From Antedon mediterranea (taxonomy: Eukaryota; Animalia; Echinodermata): 64,000 bases of DNA. The notes below the pieces were generated by a model. That model did not search any database. It had not been told where the DNA came from and worked only from the letters and a program-made list of their open reading frames with translations. Position 1 is the first letter of the stretch. Every line of letters begins with the position of its first letter. The stretch covers positions 8,680,001-8,744,000 of the forward strand of contig NC_092673.1 in the NCBI RefSeq assembly GCF_964355755.1, in the 5' to 3' direction. Position numbers and translations under genes: made by a program. Below are positions 1 to 10,970 of this stretch, piece after piece.

Positions 1-848
1 ATTGCGATAATCTTATGTAGATTTTTGCATTAGGTAATTGTATAACGTCTTATAGATTCATTAGTGAAAGTAGTTTGTAATGCAATTCTAAATGCTTTAT
101 TCTACAAATAGAAATGTTAATGAAAGTATGGTCGCCATAGTTGTTAAAATCAATTTGATTAAGGTAATTTATTTTGATTAGGTACCATAATTTATGTTTG
201 CACATTGTTATTTTAAAAATACTGGTTTTTTTTTTGAGGATTTTTATTTTCGACGATATGTATTGGTCCATCTGGCTGAAGTTGGTCATTATTACCCTCA
301 GTACAATACAATTTGACAAGAAAATAACAACAATTAAAAACTAGATTTGAACTCGTCACTTTGTTCGGGATATCCGCGCGCGCAAACGCAACATGCACAT
401 ACTTTAAACTATTTGAACTTCGACAATTATTATGCCATCCTATGACATGAATTAAGAATGTTTACAGTGCTGTTTGTACCTATTTTGTAGCATACAGCAT
501 ATTACAGTATTTACAGAATACACTGTATGTTATATACAGTGTAGCATAGACGAAATTATGAGACCCATCTTTTAAATCCAATTATTAACACGATGACGTC
601 ATCAATTTAACATATAAAGATAATCATTTTAGAAGATAATTATCTAAATAATTACATTAATTCAAATTAAAAAAATTTTGGGCACGTAAAAGAGAAATAC
701 GCTCTCGTTTAAACGCAATGAACTTGACGCTGACGATGAAAATATGACTTTTTTAATTCAACTGGCCATATGATGACATCACAACATCTGATTGGCAAAA
801 TATTAACATGAATTCGTATCTACAATCCAATAGCTTCAAGAAAACGTT

Positions 849-935
849 TTAACACTTTGACTGCCAAACACGAAGATCTTCGTGTTTGGAAACACAACGT
901 TTGACTGCCAAACACGAAGATCTTTGTGTTTTGCG
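849..935 (+). mobile_element. piggyBac-like terminus
   Basis: TTAA followed by CACTTTGACTGCC and a duplicated subterminal motif TTGACTGCCAAACACGAAGATCT; partner end not found. Confidence 0.4.
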
Positions 936-2809
936 TTTTTTTACGAAATCCGGTAGATAGGTTAATTATTGGTATATACTATAAATATGGACACTATATT
1001 CGGACTGGACCGTCAATATTTTACTATGAAAGTAACTAATCTGGTTACGAACGACTGTCAAAATGGTACCGGTCGAAATAACATACACCGCGCATCACAG
1101 TAGCGCATAGAGCGATGGCTTGGCGCATTGTGTATCGGTCGCGCTATAGCTATGCCGCCGAAGCATTACAAAGGTTCTCAGTCCTTCGTTTAAGTAAAAA
1201 GCAGGAGAGCACTAAATTGCTCTCCTCGAATTTCCGAGGAAAGCAATTGCTCTCCTAGTAAAAAATTCTGGGGGTTTCGAAAAAAATACATCAAAAAGGT
1301 GTTTTGGCAATGTTTGCATAATAGAAAAAAAAACAACTTTTACTACAAAGCTTAGTCTTCAAACATATTTTTTTATTTATTTTTATTTTTTTACATTTAT
1401 TTTATTAAAACAAAGTAAAAAACAGTTATTAATATAATGGTACAGTTACTAATATCAATGAACCAGCGCAGACTTGGCCCTTTAATAAAGTCTAGTGCCT
1501 ATTGACAAATCAAAAATGTAATACACAGTGCTAAACATGCATAATTTAACAAGACAGCAGACAGTGCGATTATATCAGCTGAGTGTTAAAAGAATTGATT
1601 ATGATGATTCAAAATGACGAGTCAGAAGAAATGCTAGTATTGGTCTCCTCATTGTCAAAGTACAGCATGTCCATTAATTCTGGCTCAGAATCGCCGCTGT
1701 CGCTAGAATCATTCGATCATTCTTCCTCTTCACTTGACTCAGACTCATCTCTATTTCTGATTATAGGGACCACGTAGATTTCCTGTTGTTGGAGCTTTCG
1801 TCACTTGGTTTGCATGTAATGATTTAGTGCATAATCAATAATTTCTTCTTTCTCCGTTTTCGACCACAGGCCATCGTTTGCTTTTATTAGGTTCTCCATG
1901 GTGTTATGTTGAAGTGACAACCTTCGATCTGAAAGTATTGCTGTGACCATGCTAAAGCCACGCTCTACAGTGCTATTGCTTACTCCGATGGCCATCACAA
2001 TTTCAACTAACAGACACACATTTGCATATTCATGTTTCCTGTATTCAAGTACTTTTTGCCACAGTTCTTTAGTCGACATTCCTTGGTAGAAGTTCTTATA
2101 TACAATCGTCAAACTTTTCCACTCTCGCTTGACTTTTGAGTGGTCAAAACCAGCAGCTTCTAAAGTATTTGCAAAATGATCCGAGACCAAACTCATTGCT
2201 TCCAATTCAGATTCTGAATCTTCTCTCCAGTTGGCTGGATTTAACCAAGATGTATGTGGGTAAATACTATGGTTAAAAGAAGCAAATCGATCATCAATGC
2301 ACTGTGTCAAACCAGTGGCAGAATTTTCTTTTACTGTGTTAGTGGTGGTCTGCAATGGAGCAGCATGTCGCCTCTTTCATTCTGTCGTACGATATTGAAA
2401 CAAATTCTCGATTTACCTGACTTCTCCTCATATGTCCAGTTTTCGGGAGTTCTCGAGAGATTGTGTGATCATTGCTGCAGGTGTAGCCAGTTGTTGTGAC
2501 CAAGGTGGATGCATCTTCCCCATCTAGCAAATCTTGTAACAGCATCTTCGTTGTTTCTAGATATGGCATCACCTCAAAAATGTGAATGTCTCCTTTTTCA
2601 AATTGAAGAGACAGAGAGGAGATAATTGTTAAAATCTCAATGTTTCAAGGAATTGTGAATCTCTTAAGTGCTTAAGGATACCTTGAAACTTTGCATTTAA
2701 TGTACTGTGTTGTTTGTTGGCAATTGAATTCTCAATAGCCTGGGCTAATGGTATCCAGTTATGGAGGAGTATACGGGCTCCCTTCATCTGGTGACTTACA
2801 AAACGTGTC

Positions 2810-2813
<4 letters not shown>

Positions 2814-2843
<30 letters not shown>

Positions 2844-2919
2844 CATTTCAACACATACATAATACAAAATTAATATATAAAGGCAACGTAACTATTAAAA
2901 AGATAATGATAATAAATAA
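2814..2919 (-). mobile_element. Short poly(A)-tailed retroposed insertion inside the hAT transposase
   Basis: About 30-nt T run (poly-A on minus strand); CCAAT duplicated at 2809-2813 and 2920-2924; interrupts FPKVH/TRFVSHQ. Confidence 0.7.
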
Positions 2920-4175
2920 CCAATGTACCTTTGGGAATTTATATATCTGAACATCCAACGCTTTCGCTGTTTCCTCGAAATGGCGTTTAAATTTCCCTGA
3001 ACGTTTCATCAGGTAAAAAATTGTTATCATTAGGTCTTTTATTTGCTGAAATGATTTTTCCTTCATTAACGTGTCTTTTATTTACAGCAAGCTCTAGCCT
3101 ATGTGAGGTACAGTAGATTTTAATGAGCCATGGACGTCCAGCCCTTGCAATTCTTACCAGAAGACCATTATAGATTCCTGTAAGAAAAAAAAAAACAAAC
3201 AAATGTACATAAAATTCAGTAAATTATTAAATATCATAAATAATAAATTTAAATTTTTCATCAGAAGAAAAATAAATTAGGGAACGAAAGTTGCATTATG
3301 ATTGTTTGTTTTGAGGAGAACAAATATAAAGTTAAATTTTCTTATACCAACCAACTTGTATTCACAGCTTCTCCATCTGCTGTAACGGATACCAAAGCTT
3401 TTATATATTTTTCTTCGGGGATCTTAATCTTTTCCTGAAGTGCCTCATCAATTGATTTAAAAAGATTCTCTGCTGTACCATCTCCAAAACTATCTATGTC
3501 TTCCAATGCAACAACAAAATATACTGGCCCACCATTCTTTAACAAGCGAGCCATTACAAGCTCCTTCTCATTTCCAGTTTTCCTTGCCTGGGACCCATCA
3601 CTGAGCACTGAAAATGCATTGCAAGTGGACAAGAGAGAACCAATCTTCTCACGAATAGCATCAGCAATTTCACTTACAAACTCTCTTGCTTTATCGCTGC
3701 TTTCTGCGCCTTGAATTAAATTTACTCCATTAGTTTTCTGCACCCTCACAAGGGTCTTAAATGAAGTAAGTGGTAGCCCATCAACAGCTAAGCAGTAAGC
3801 AGTTATCAACTTTCTGTATGCATCATATGCTTGTTTGTGTATTGCATAATCAATACAGGGTTGTGTTCGCTTGACAGCAGTAGATGGACCAGCACCACTG
3901 TCCTCTTCACCCAGAGTTAGTAATTTTTGGTAGTCTAGACCAATGCTGTGAGCCTTTAAACGCAAAGCAAACATAACAATGATTATTAATTAAAAAGACA
4001 TTGCGAACAACTAGGGTTAGTTTTTTTTTCAATAATGTTTTAAATATTTTTTTTATTTATTTATACAAATTCAGGGGGGGGGGGTAAAATATTTTTCTAT
4101 TTAATCAATAAGTAAGTCATGTACAGTAATGAATAATTTTAAAGAATATATTTACTTTATTATAATAGTATAGTA

Positions 4176-4842
4176 CCGTACTGACGCGGGTATAAGCCCA
4201 CCCCCCTCGAACATGAAATCACGTCAAGTTTGGGGGGTGGGCTTATACCCGAGGATCCAAAAATGCAGATCGTCAAAAACAGCACATGTACACTGTGTAT
4301 TCCACCATGCGAGCGAGCGCCCTCACGTGTACGACGTTGCCTCTAAATACACGAGGTGTAGAGTGTCGGAAAATTAAGTTTATAGTTCGTGTAATTTATC
4401 GTAGAATATCTTATTTTAAACATCAATTTAACAAGAATTTATCAAGCAGAAAAGCAAGTATACAATGTTCGTTAAATAGAAATGTACCAAAGAAATTTAA
4501 TAAGCTTGTTTATGGCAGCCAATACCAAATAGTGGTTTTCCGTTTTGGCGACTTGTAGCGTCGTGTGTGAAGCGATCTTGGACCGCGATGGAGTGTAAAC
4601 AAAACAGGACCGCTAGGCCTCATATGGCCTAGCGTATATTAGCCTAGCTTGGTTATGATCAAAGGTAGGTGTATTCGGTGTATGGACGTCGCCAAATACA
4701 AAATAATGTATTACGACACGCACTGTAGATCTTCGAATTAATGGGTGGGCTTATACCCGAGTGCCTCATTTTTCATGAAAATTAGTCAAAAGTCGGGGGT
4801 GGGCTTATACCCGAGTATGGGCTTATACCCGCGTCAGTACGG
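4176..4842. mobile_element. Non-autonomous Tc1/mariner-pogo-like MITE, copy 1
   Basis: TIR CCGTACTGACGCGGGTATAAGCCCA with a perfect inverse, TA on both sides; near-identical copy at 21828-22499. Confidence 0.9.
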
Positions 4843-5499
4843 TAATAATAATAAGCATATTATTAACAGCAAGTCGATTCACTGTCTCCAAAACTAATTG
4901 TCAAAAATAAAGTATTCCTATCATAATTTTTATCAATTAAATCTTGTGTTTGTCTACTCCGCAGTCGAAAATACAAGCTCAGATTTCTTGTTTTATGTAA
5001 ACAAAATGTTGCGGCATGAACGGATAACAGTAGCCATGGAAACGAGAACCCTGGACAGCACAGCTTTTATTCACAATCTTCAAACGGTACACCGCCACAT
5101 GCTTACCCTGGGCGGCTCCTTATTGTTCAACGAGATGTGCTAGCGATCAAATGGAGCATGTATTGTAAATCCGAACACCCCGAAAAACAGAATTTCACGC
5201 TAGATACAATACATCTAAGTTTATTTCTATTCTTAAATCTTAGCTCATTAAAATGTATTCTAAAACGGAACAAATTGCTATTTTTTAAAACAAATATAAA
5301 ACATTATTTTAGGTTAACACAAGTTAAAGCTCTAAATAACTTTTGATCGAAAGCATGTGACTTTTTTCAGTCAGTCACTGCGCAAAACCACGAGCATTAT
5401 ACAAAGTCACAGTGGCTACCACGTGCTTTTTAGTAAACAACATTGGGGCTTTTGAACAACGCAGTTCTCGGCCGAGAAAAATAATAACAAATAGAATAA

Positions 5500-7773
5500 G
5501 GCGTCATGTCCAAATGTTTTCAAACTGACAAAGCTCGTTAATCGCGTTTTCTTTTGTTTTTAGCGTTAGCATGAAAATTCTAAAATCGTCAGACCGTTTG
5601 GAAAATGGACAATATGCATAGCTTGTAATAGTTCCGCCCACTAACATGCTTGACTGATTTTTACGAATCGTTTAACGTCGTTGCGAATCGCTTCGTGAAC
5701 GTCGTTTAACGATGAGTCATCACAAACAGGCCCAAACAATTCGTTTCAGTTTGCCTTTAAATTAAGAGAGTTTGTAGCTGAATTGTATTCCGGGGGTACA
5801 GATTTCAAACATCATTCTACCATGTTTATAAGTTCGTAACCTCAATAAATAATTTAATATTAATAATAAACAGGAGCCTGGAATGTTTTTAGTCGCTTTC
5901 TTTTAGATAGCCGACTGAAAATATCATTAGGAAGTTCATACGATGAACTAAGCACCTGAGACAATAGCAACACGATGTGCCACGCCACCGGTGAACTATT
6001 CACATCTCACTTCTAAATGCTTTAGCGAACGTCTACAGTAGCCGATCGATAAAAATCTAAAAATAGCAGCAGTGAATGCTCGGCTGACCGTCGGTGTTCG
6101 CGCGCTCATAGATTGCAGACCGATAACATAAGAAGGTATTAAAGTACCTAGATGTTGGTCACGCGATATCCTCTTTTTCCTCCTGTTCACAGCGCTCACA
6201 TGTTACTTCAAATTCTGCCGGTCAGTAATCTTATTTAATAGATTGTTGAAAAGATGACTGATCATTAATTTAATTCATTTAATGTTTGATTCTATTTTTG
6301 TGCTTTATTTTATTTTGTTTATCTTTATAAATTTGATTTATTTTAATTTAATTTTTATTGTTATATATGTCTCGTCATTTTGTAATTTTGTGAGGGTCCC
6401 TAATGATCAGCTTCGGCTGGATGGATCACCCTCGTAAAATATTCTTGAAAATAAATATATAAATCATTGGCTATTTTTCCGTTGCACAAGGGCCTAGTTG
6501 TATTAATAATAATAATTATTAATACAACTATTATGTCTCGTATTGTAATTTTGTGAGTGTCCCTAATGATCAGCTTCGGCTGGATGGACCACCCTCGTAA
6601 AATATTCTTGAAAATAAATATATAAATCATTGGCTATTTTTCCGTTGCACAAGGGCCTAGTTGTATTAATAATAATAATTATTATACTTATTAAACAAGG
6701 AATATATTGATTTTGTATTTATTTTGTGAAGGCTTTTGAGCTTTGTCGTCGCTGTATTTTTTAATTTGTTAACTAAGTTAGAATTTACTAGCATAATATA
6801 ATACTGTAAAACCAGACACTTTTGTGACATAAAACTTTCGCAAATTTGAAAAGTACAAGTAAATAACTGTATACTGTAAAAAAAAGATCGCGTTAATCGA
6901 TTGTGGATGCGATCTTCGTATATATCGAACATCTGTCGATCCAGAAACGATGCCCACAAAAAAGATGGTAAAACATTCATTCTAAATATAGTATCAAAAC
7001 GTTCAAGTCGCTCAAAAAGATTGCCGACAGAAGACCGTAATTAATACAGACCTGGGTTTTTTGGCTTGAAACGCGATACTACTCGATGTTTTACCGCAAC
7101 CTCTAACATGATATTTTTTAACTCAGTACGGCCGTCCATTAGAGGGTGGTGCATGCTCTGCTGAAGACAATAAAACAGTAATTAAGATCGTGTACCTGGA
7201 TTTCCTCTATTTATATCTAAACTGTTCCCAGACTCCGATCCACTCGCATGTTTTTCCCACTCCAAATTCTGGTCGGCCCTTTTTCTTTACACAATATATT
7301 AATCGTTTAAAAAAAGGCCTGACTGGTAAATCTTAACATGGAATATATATTTATTTTGCATATATTTTGTTGGTGTCCTAGCCCAGGTGTCGTTGTTTTT
7401 ATAATTCGCTAACCCAAGGTAGGATTAAATAATTTATAGTGTTGGCCGCCGAAACTAGGCTAGCCTGAACTCTCTCTGTGTGAGCCGAGGTCCACGGGCC
7501 CGATGTCGTCTTCCAACTTTAAATAGGCTTTAATTAGCGAATAATACATTGTTTGTGTGTATTGTCCATGCTTCTAAAGGCGTTAAAACAAACGACGTTT
7601 AACGCTAGCGTGCGTCTAACGGCTACACAATTACAGTGGGCGGTGGGCGCTACAATACTAAATGCATATTTCAATTAGCTCTTTTACGATCGTTGCACGC
7701 GTTAAACGATCAAGCTATCAACGGTGACCGTTTGACGCGGTTTGTACGTTTGGAAACATTTGGACATGACGCC
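5500..7773. mobile_element. PIF/Harbinger-like non-autonomous element
   Basis: TIR GGCGTCATGTCCAAATGTTT / AAACATTTGGACATGACGCC; TAA at 5497-5499 and 7774-7776. Confidence 0.85.
6367..6683 (+). repeat. Tandem duplication of about 160 bp, LINE-like 3' end with stem-loop
   Basis: Two copies of GTCCCTAATGATCAGCTTCGGCTGGATGGA...CCCTCGTAAAATATTCTTGAAAATAAA...GGGCCTAGTTG. Confidence 0.85.
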
Positions 7774-9266
7774 TAATTGATTTGTACGGCTGTCATGTGA
7801 ATAAAACAATTTGTAATTTACGCAGTTTTTTTTTGTATATTATTTTCAAATAAATTTAAATTAACAGTAGAAAATATCTAAAATAACAATAATAATGTTT
7901 ATGCAACTCATCTTTGATGATAGGTGTCTTTGAGCAGTATGTTTCGAGATGAATGAGGATCCTTCAGCATACTTCACAATGTCCTTTAAAGCCTGACCAC
8001 GGATTCGACCATCTCCCTTTATTTTCTCTATATACAGTACTTTCTGCAAACTTTGCACCAGATTTTCGTAACCATATCTCTGGCATTTATAATTTTTGTT
8101 TCATATCCAAAAATTGAAAAATTCCAAGCGTTGAATGTTGATAATTGTATAGGTTTTCCTTTTTCGGCCGCAGCCATGTTGACTCGGTGAATGTGACGGA
8201 ATAATGACAATAGTCTACTTGTTAATTTCATGTTATTTATTCATTATCTAAATTCAGGATGTTGATTACAGGGTCACAGACGATTTGGTACCATGTTCCA
8301 GAAAAATAAGAACAATTAGCAGCCCTGTTATTTTGTCGGCTCTCTTTGATCTTCGTTGTCAGCGGGTAGTTGATAAAGCAGCTTAAAACTTTTCCCATAA
8401 ACAAACAAAAACATCTGACGTGTTCGCGAGATAAGACAATTCTTTGAATAGACACAGGTGTTACTTCAGAATGTTTTTAAAACGAAGAAAAACAACATAT
8501 TTTTAACAGTTATTTATTTGAAACGAAAATGTTTTTATAATACTGTATTTATTGTTATAGCATATTTATATACAAAACATACATACAAACAACACAACCA
8601 GCGCAGTGTTAGCGTAAATATAAAAACAAAATTGATTATCGGGAAAAAAAACACTGTTGCACGTGAAAGTGCATGATGTTGTATTATTAAAAATCATGAA
8701 TAGTTAATGTTTGGAATTAGAACAAATCTATCTAGAAAATATTTAAGAACTAATACTAGCATCCGTTATCCCGTTTCTATTGTACCACGTGATTTTTTCT
8801 CTCGGTTTCTTTGCTCTCTATGCATCAATGATCTCATTGGGTTTCTCACGCCTACACCCACGTCGTGTGTGCATGATGATGTTGAGTTCATGGATTTCTT
8901 TAATCCATGTTGAGTTTAACACAGTCGGTCCTATTTTAAGCGAAGCCGAGATCATGTATAATAATAGGTCTGGCAAACAAACCGCATGTTTGGTTTTTGG
9001 TGCTCTATGATTTAACAAAAGTTATAAATGAGTTTTGTATGTTGACTTCGTTCGCGTGTTATTATTGTACAGGCGGCGCGAAACGTAGGTTGTTTTTTTT
9101 TTTATAATGTCCATGATTTAAGGAGCGCGATTAGTTGCTCTCCTTAAATCTTGTTGAGGAGCGCGTTTTTGTGGATTGGCATGTTTGTTTGTTATCTGAA
9201 TAAAAAAACTAATGGAGTCATTTTCAATATGAAGTCTTTAATTTTGTTATTGTATGTATGTTCCCT

Positions 9267-10088
9267 AATAGAGAGAAATGGCGAACCGTGATGACGTCAC
9301 TCAAATTTCACCGAGTGGGTATAGATTTTAAACAAACCATTTCGCCACATGTTTTTGTATGGGAAATTCCGATGGGTTGAGTTAAAAAGGTAGTTAGAAA
9401 AGAACGTTTAAAACACACATAATAGCAGTATCTTTTTTTTTTGCAACACCCTTAACAATTTTAATGTTATATGGGCAAATCTTAACATATTTTATTTCAA
9501 TTTGGATTGAATTAAGACGCGTTTTTGTTATACTGTACCCAGCAGCTCTAGGCCCTAGATAGTTTCGCTGATGCTATGTAGTACCTCGAGTAAGCCTACT
9601 CGAGCGAGCCTAGCACGGATTATCGGTTATTATAATAATAATAATAATATTGGAAATTCTTTATTGCATACTGTACTACTACTACTTTAGCTAGGGTGCT
9701 GCTAGGCATCTCCTAGCTAGGTAGTAAGACTAAATAGAGCATCTCTAGTAGACGTAGGCCTAGCATTTAGTTTAAGCTTGACAACTGCCATTTTGTTATG
9801 TGGCTACCGCCAGTAACGAATACTTGATATTAACACCATTCTACTATAATACTATAGGCCTAGTCTAATGTAGACCTACAGATATGAGATATTTTTAGGA
9901 ATATGATTGTGAATGATGGATGACTAAATACACAAATAGAAAAGAATTATGAGCGTTACAGCAACAACATTGGTTAGACGACGCCATGATTCACGTGTAT
10001 AAACATAGGAAATGTGCCACCCTCAACGGTTTGTTATGATTTTATACCCACTCGGATTTTAGACGTCGGTTCGCCATTTCTCTCTATT
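9267..10088. mobile_element. MITE with 22-bp TIRs (superfamily uncertain)
   Basis: AATAGAGAGAAATGGCGAACCG / CGGTTCGCCATTTCTCTCTATT, plus inner inverted pair CCGAGTGGGTATA / TATACCCACTCGG. Confidence 0.85.
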
Positions 10089-10672
10089 GTGTTGGTGTTT
10101 CACTGTAAGTGACCGAGTTTCATGCAACAAACTTGTTTATAAAAGATATTTTCATATTGTGATGTCTTGGCGTAGAAAGTTGATTAGAAATTCATTTTGC
10201 GCATTTTGAAATTTTAAATGCGCGTGTGTGCGTAACTTCTTGTGAAACATGCCATTTTTTAATCCTTAGAAAGTTTGCCCTTGATATGACTTCACCAATT
10301 GTCAATACAAAATGACTTTGGGTTTTTAATCTATGATCAATCAATGAAATTCATAAAATCGCTTGTAATTTACGCTGCACGACTCTAAAGTCAAAAAACG
10401 AAATGTACATTATAAATTTTGTATTTTTATGTATGCACACAGTTAGCTCTTTTTTTTGTTACTTATTAAAGATATTAAATTAATTCAATCAATCAACTGT
10501 ATCTGCATTTTTAGGCAGGTTTTATGAGTATCCTTGTGGCACTCATCAATGCATTGTGTCTCGCTGTTTTGTCATCAACCATCATAATTTGCTTTGTTAA
10601 AACCCATAAATCATGACAAATAAATTAATAGTGTACCCATTTAAACATTGAAAGGTGTTGTTTTTTTTTCAG

Positions 10673-10970
10673 ACCAATATCCACGCGAGGAACAGGTAGC
10701 GGACATTATGCTAGTTTACAGCGACGACCAGGGACCTATGTCAACATTAAAATGCATGAATGAACTTCGTAAACACCGTCAAAATATTGATCTGATTCTT
10801 TCCGTTGGTAACCAGGAGATCCTTGCCCACCGTGCTGTGTTGTCATGTACGAGTCCTTACATCGCAGATTTGTGTCGTCGACAACATAGTGAGGGTTTAT
10901 TGATGCACAGTTTAGAAGGAGTTGATGCAAATGCTGTTGAAATGATTGTAAACTATTCTTACGTTTCACA
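10673..10970 (+). CDS. IVNS1ABP: IVNS1ABP-like exon, BTB domain (candidate ATG at 10708)
   Basis: Acceptor ttttttcag ending 10672, donor gtaagt at 10971; translation MNELRKHRQNIDLILSVGNQEILAHRAVLSCTSPY. Confidence 0.9.

Larger units (their letters stand above)
1801..8177 (-). pseudogene. Degraded intron-containing hAT-superfamily transposase (ZNF862/C17orf113-like)
   Basis: Exon 7912-8177 (IWCKVC zinc finger), exon 3356-3953 (FSVLSDGSQ, VSVTADGEAVN), exon from 3177 down (YCTSHRLELA; SNSTVERGFS...SDRRLSL of the hAT dimerisation domain). Several frameshifts and stops. Related subterminal palindromes AGGAG(A/C)GC...GCTCTCCT at about 1203-1256 and 9121-9165. Confidence 0.85.

Noticed and set aside
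1583-3714. Plus-strand ORFs 1583-1777, 2254-2499 and 3496-3714
   Set aside because: Antisense shadows of the minus-strand hAT transposase remnant.
1801-8177. Domesticated functional ZNF862-like gene
   Set aside because: Frameshifts, stops, a retroinsertion and a mutated splice donor show it is dead.
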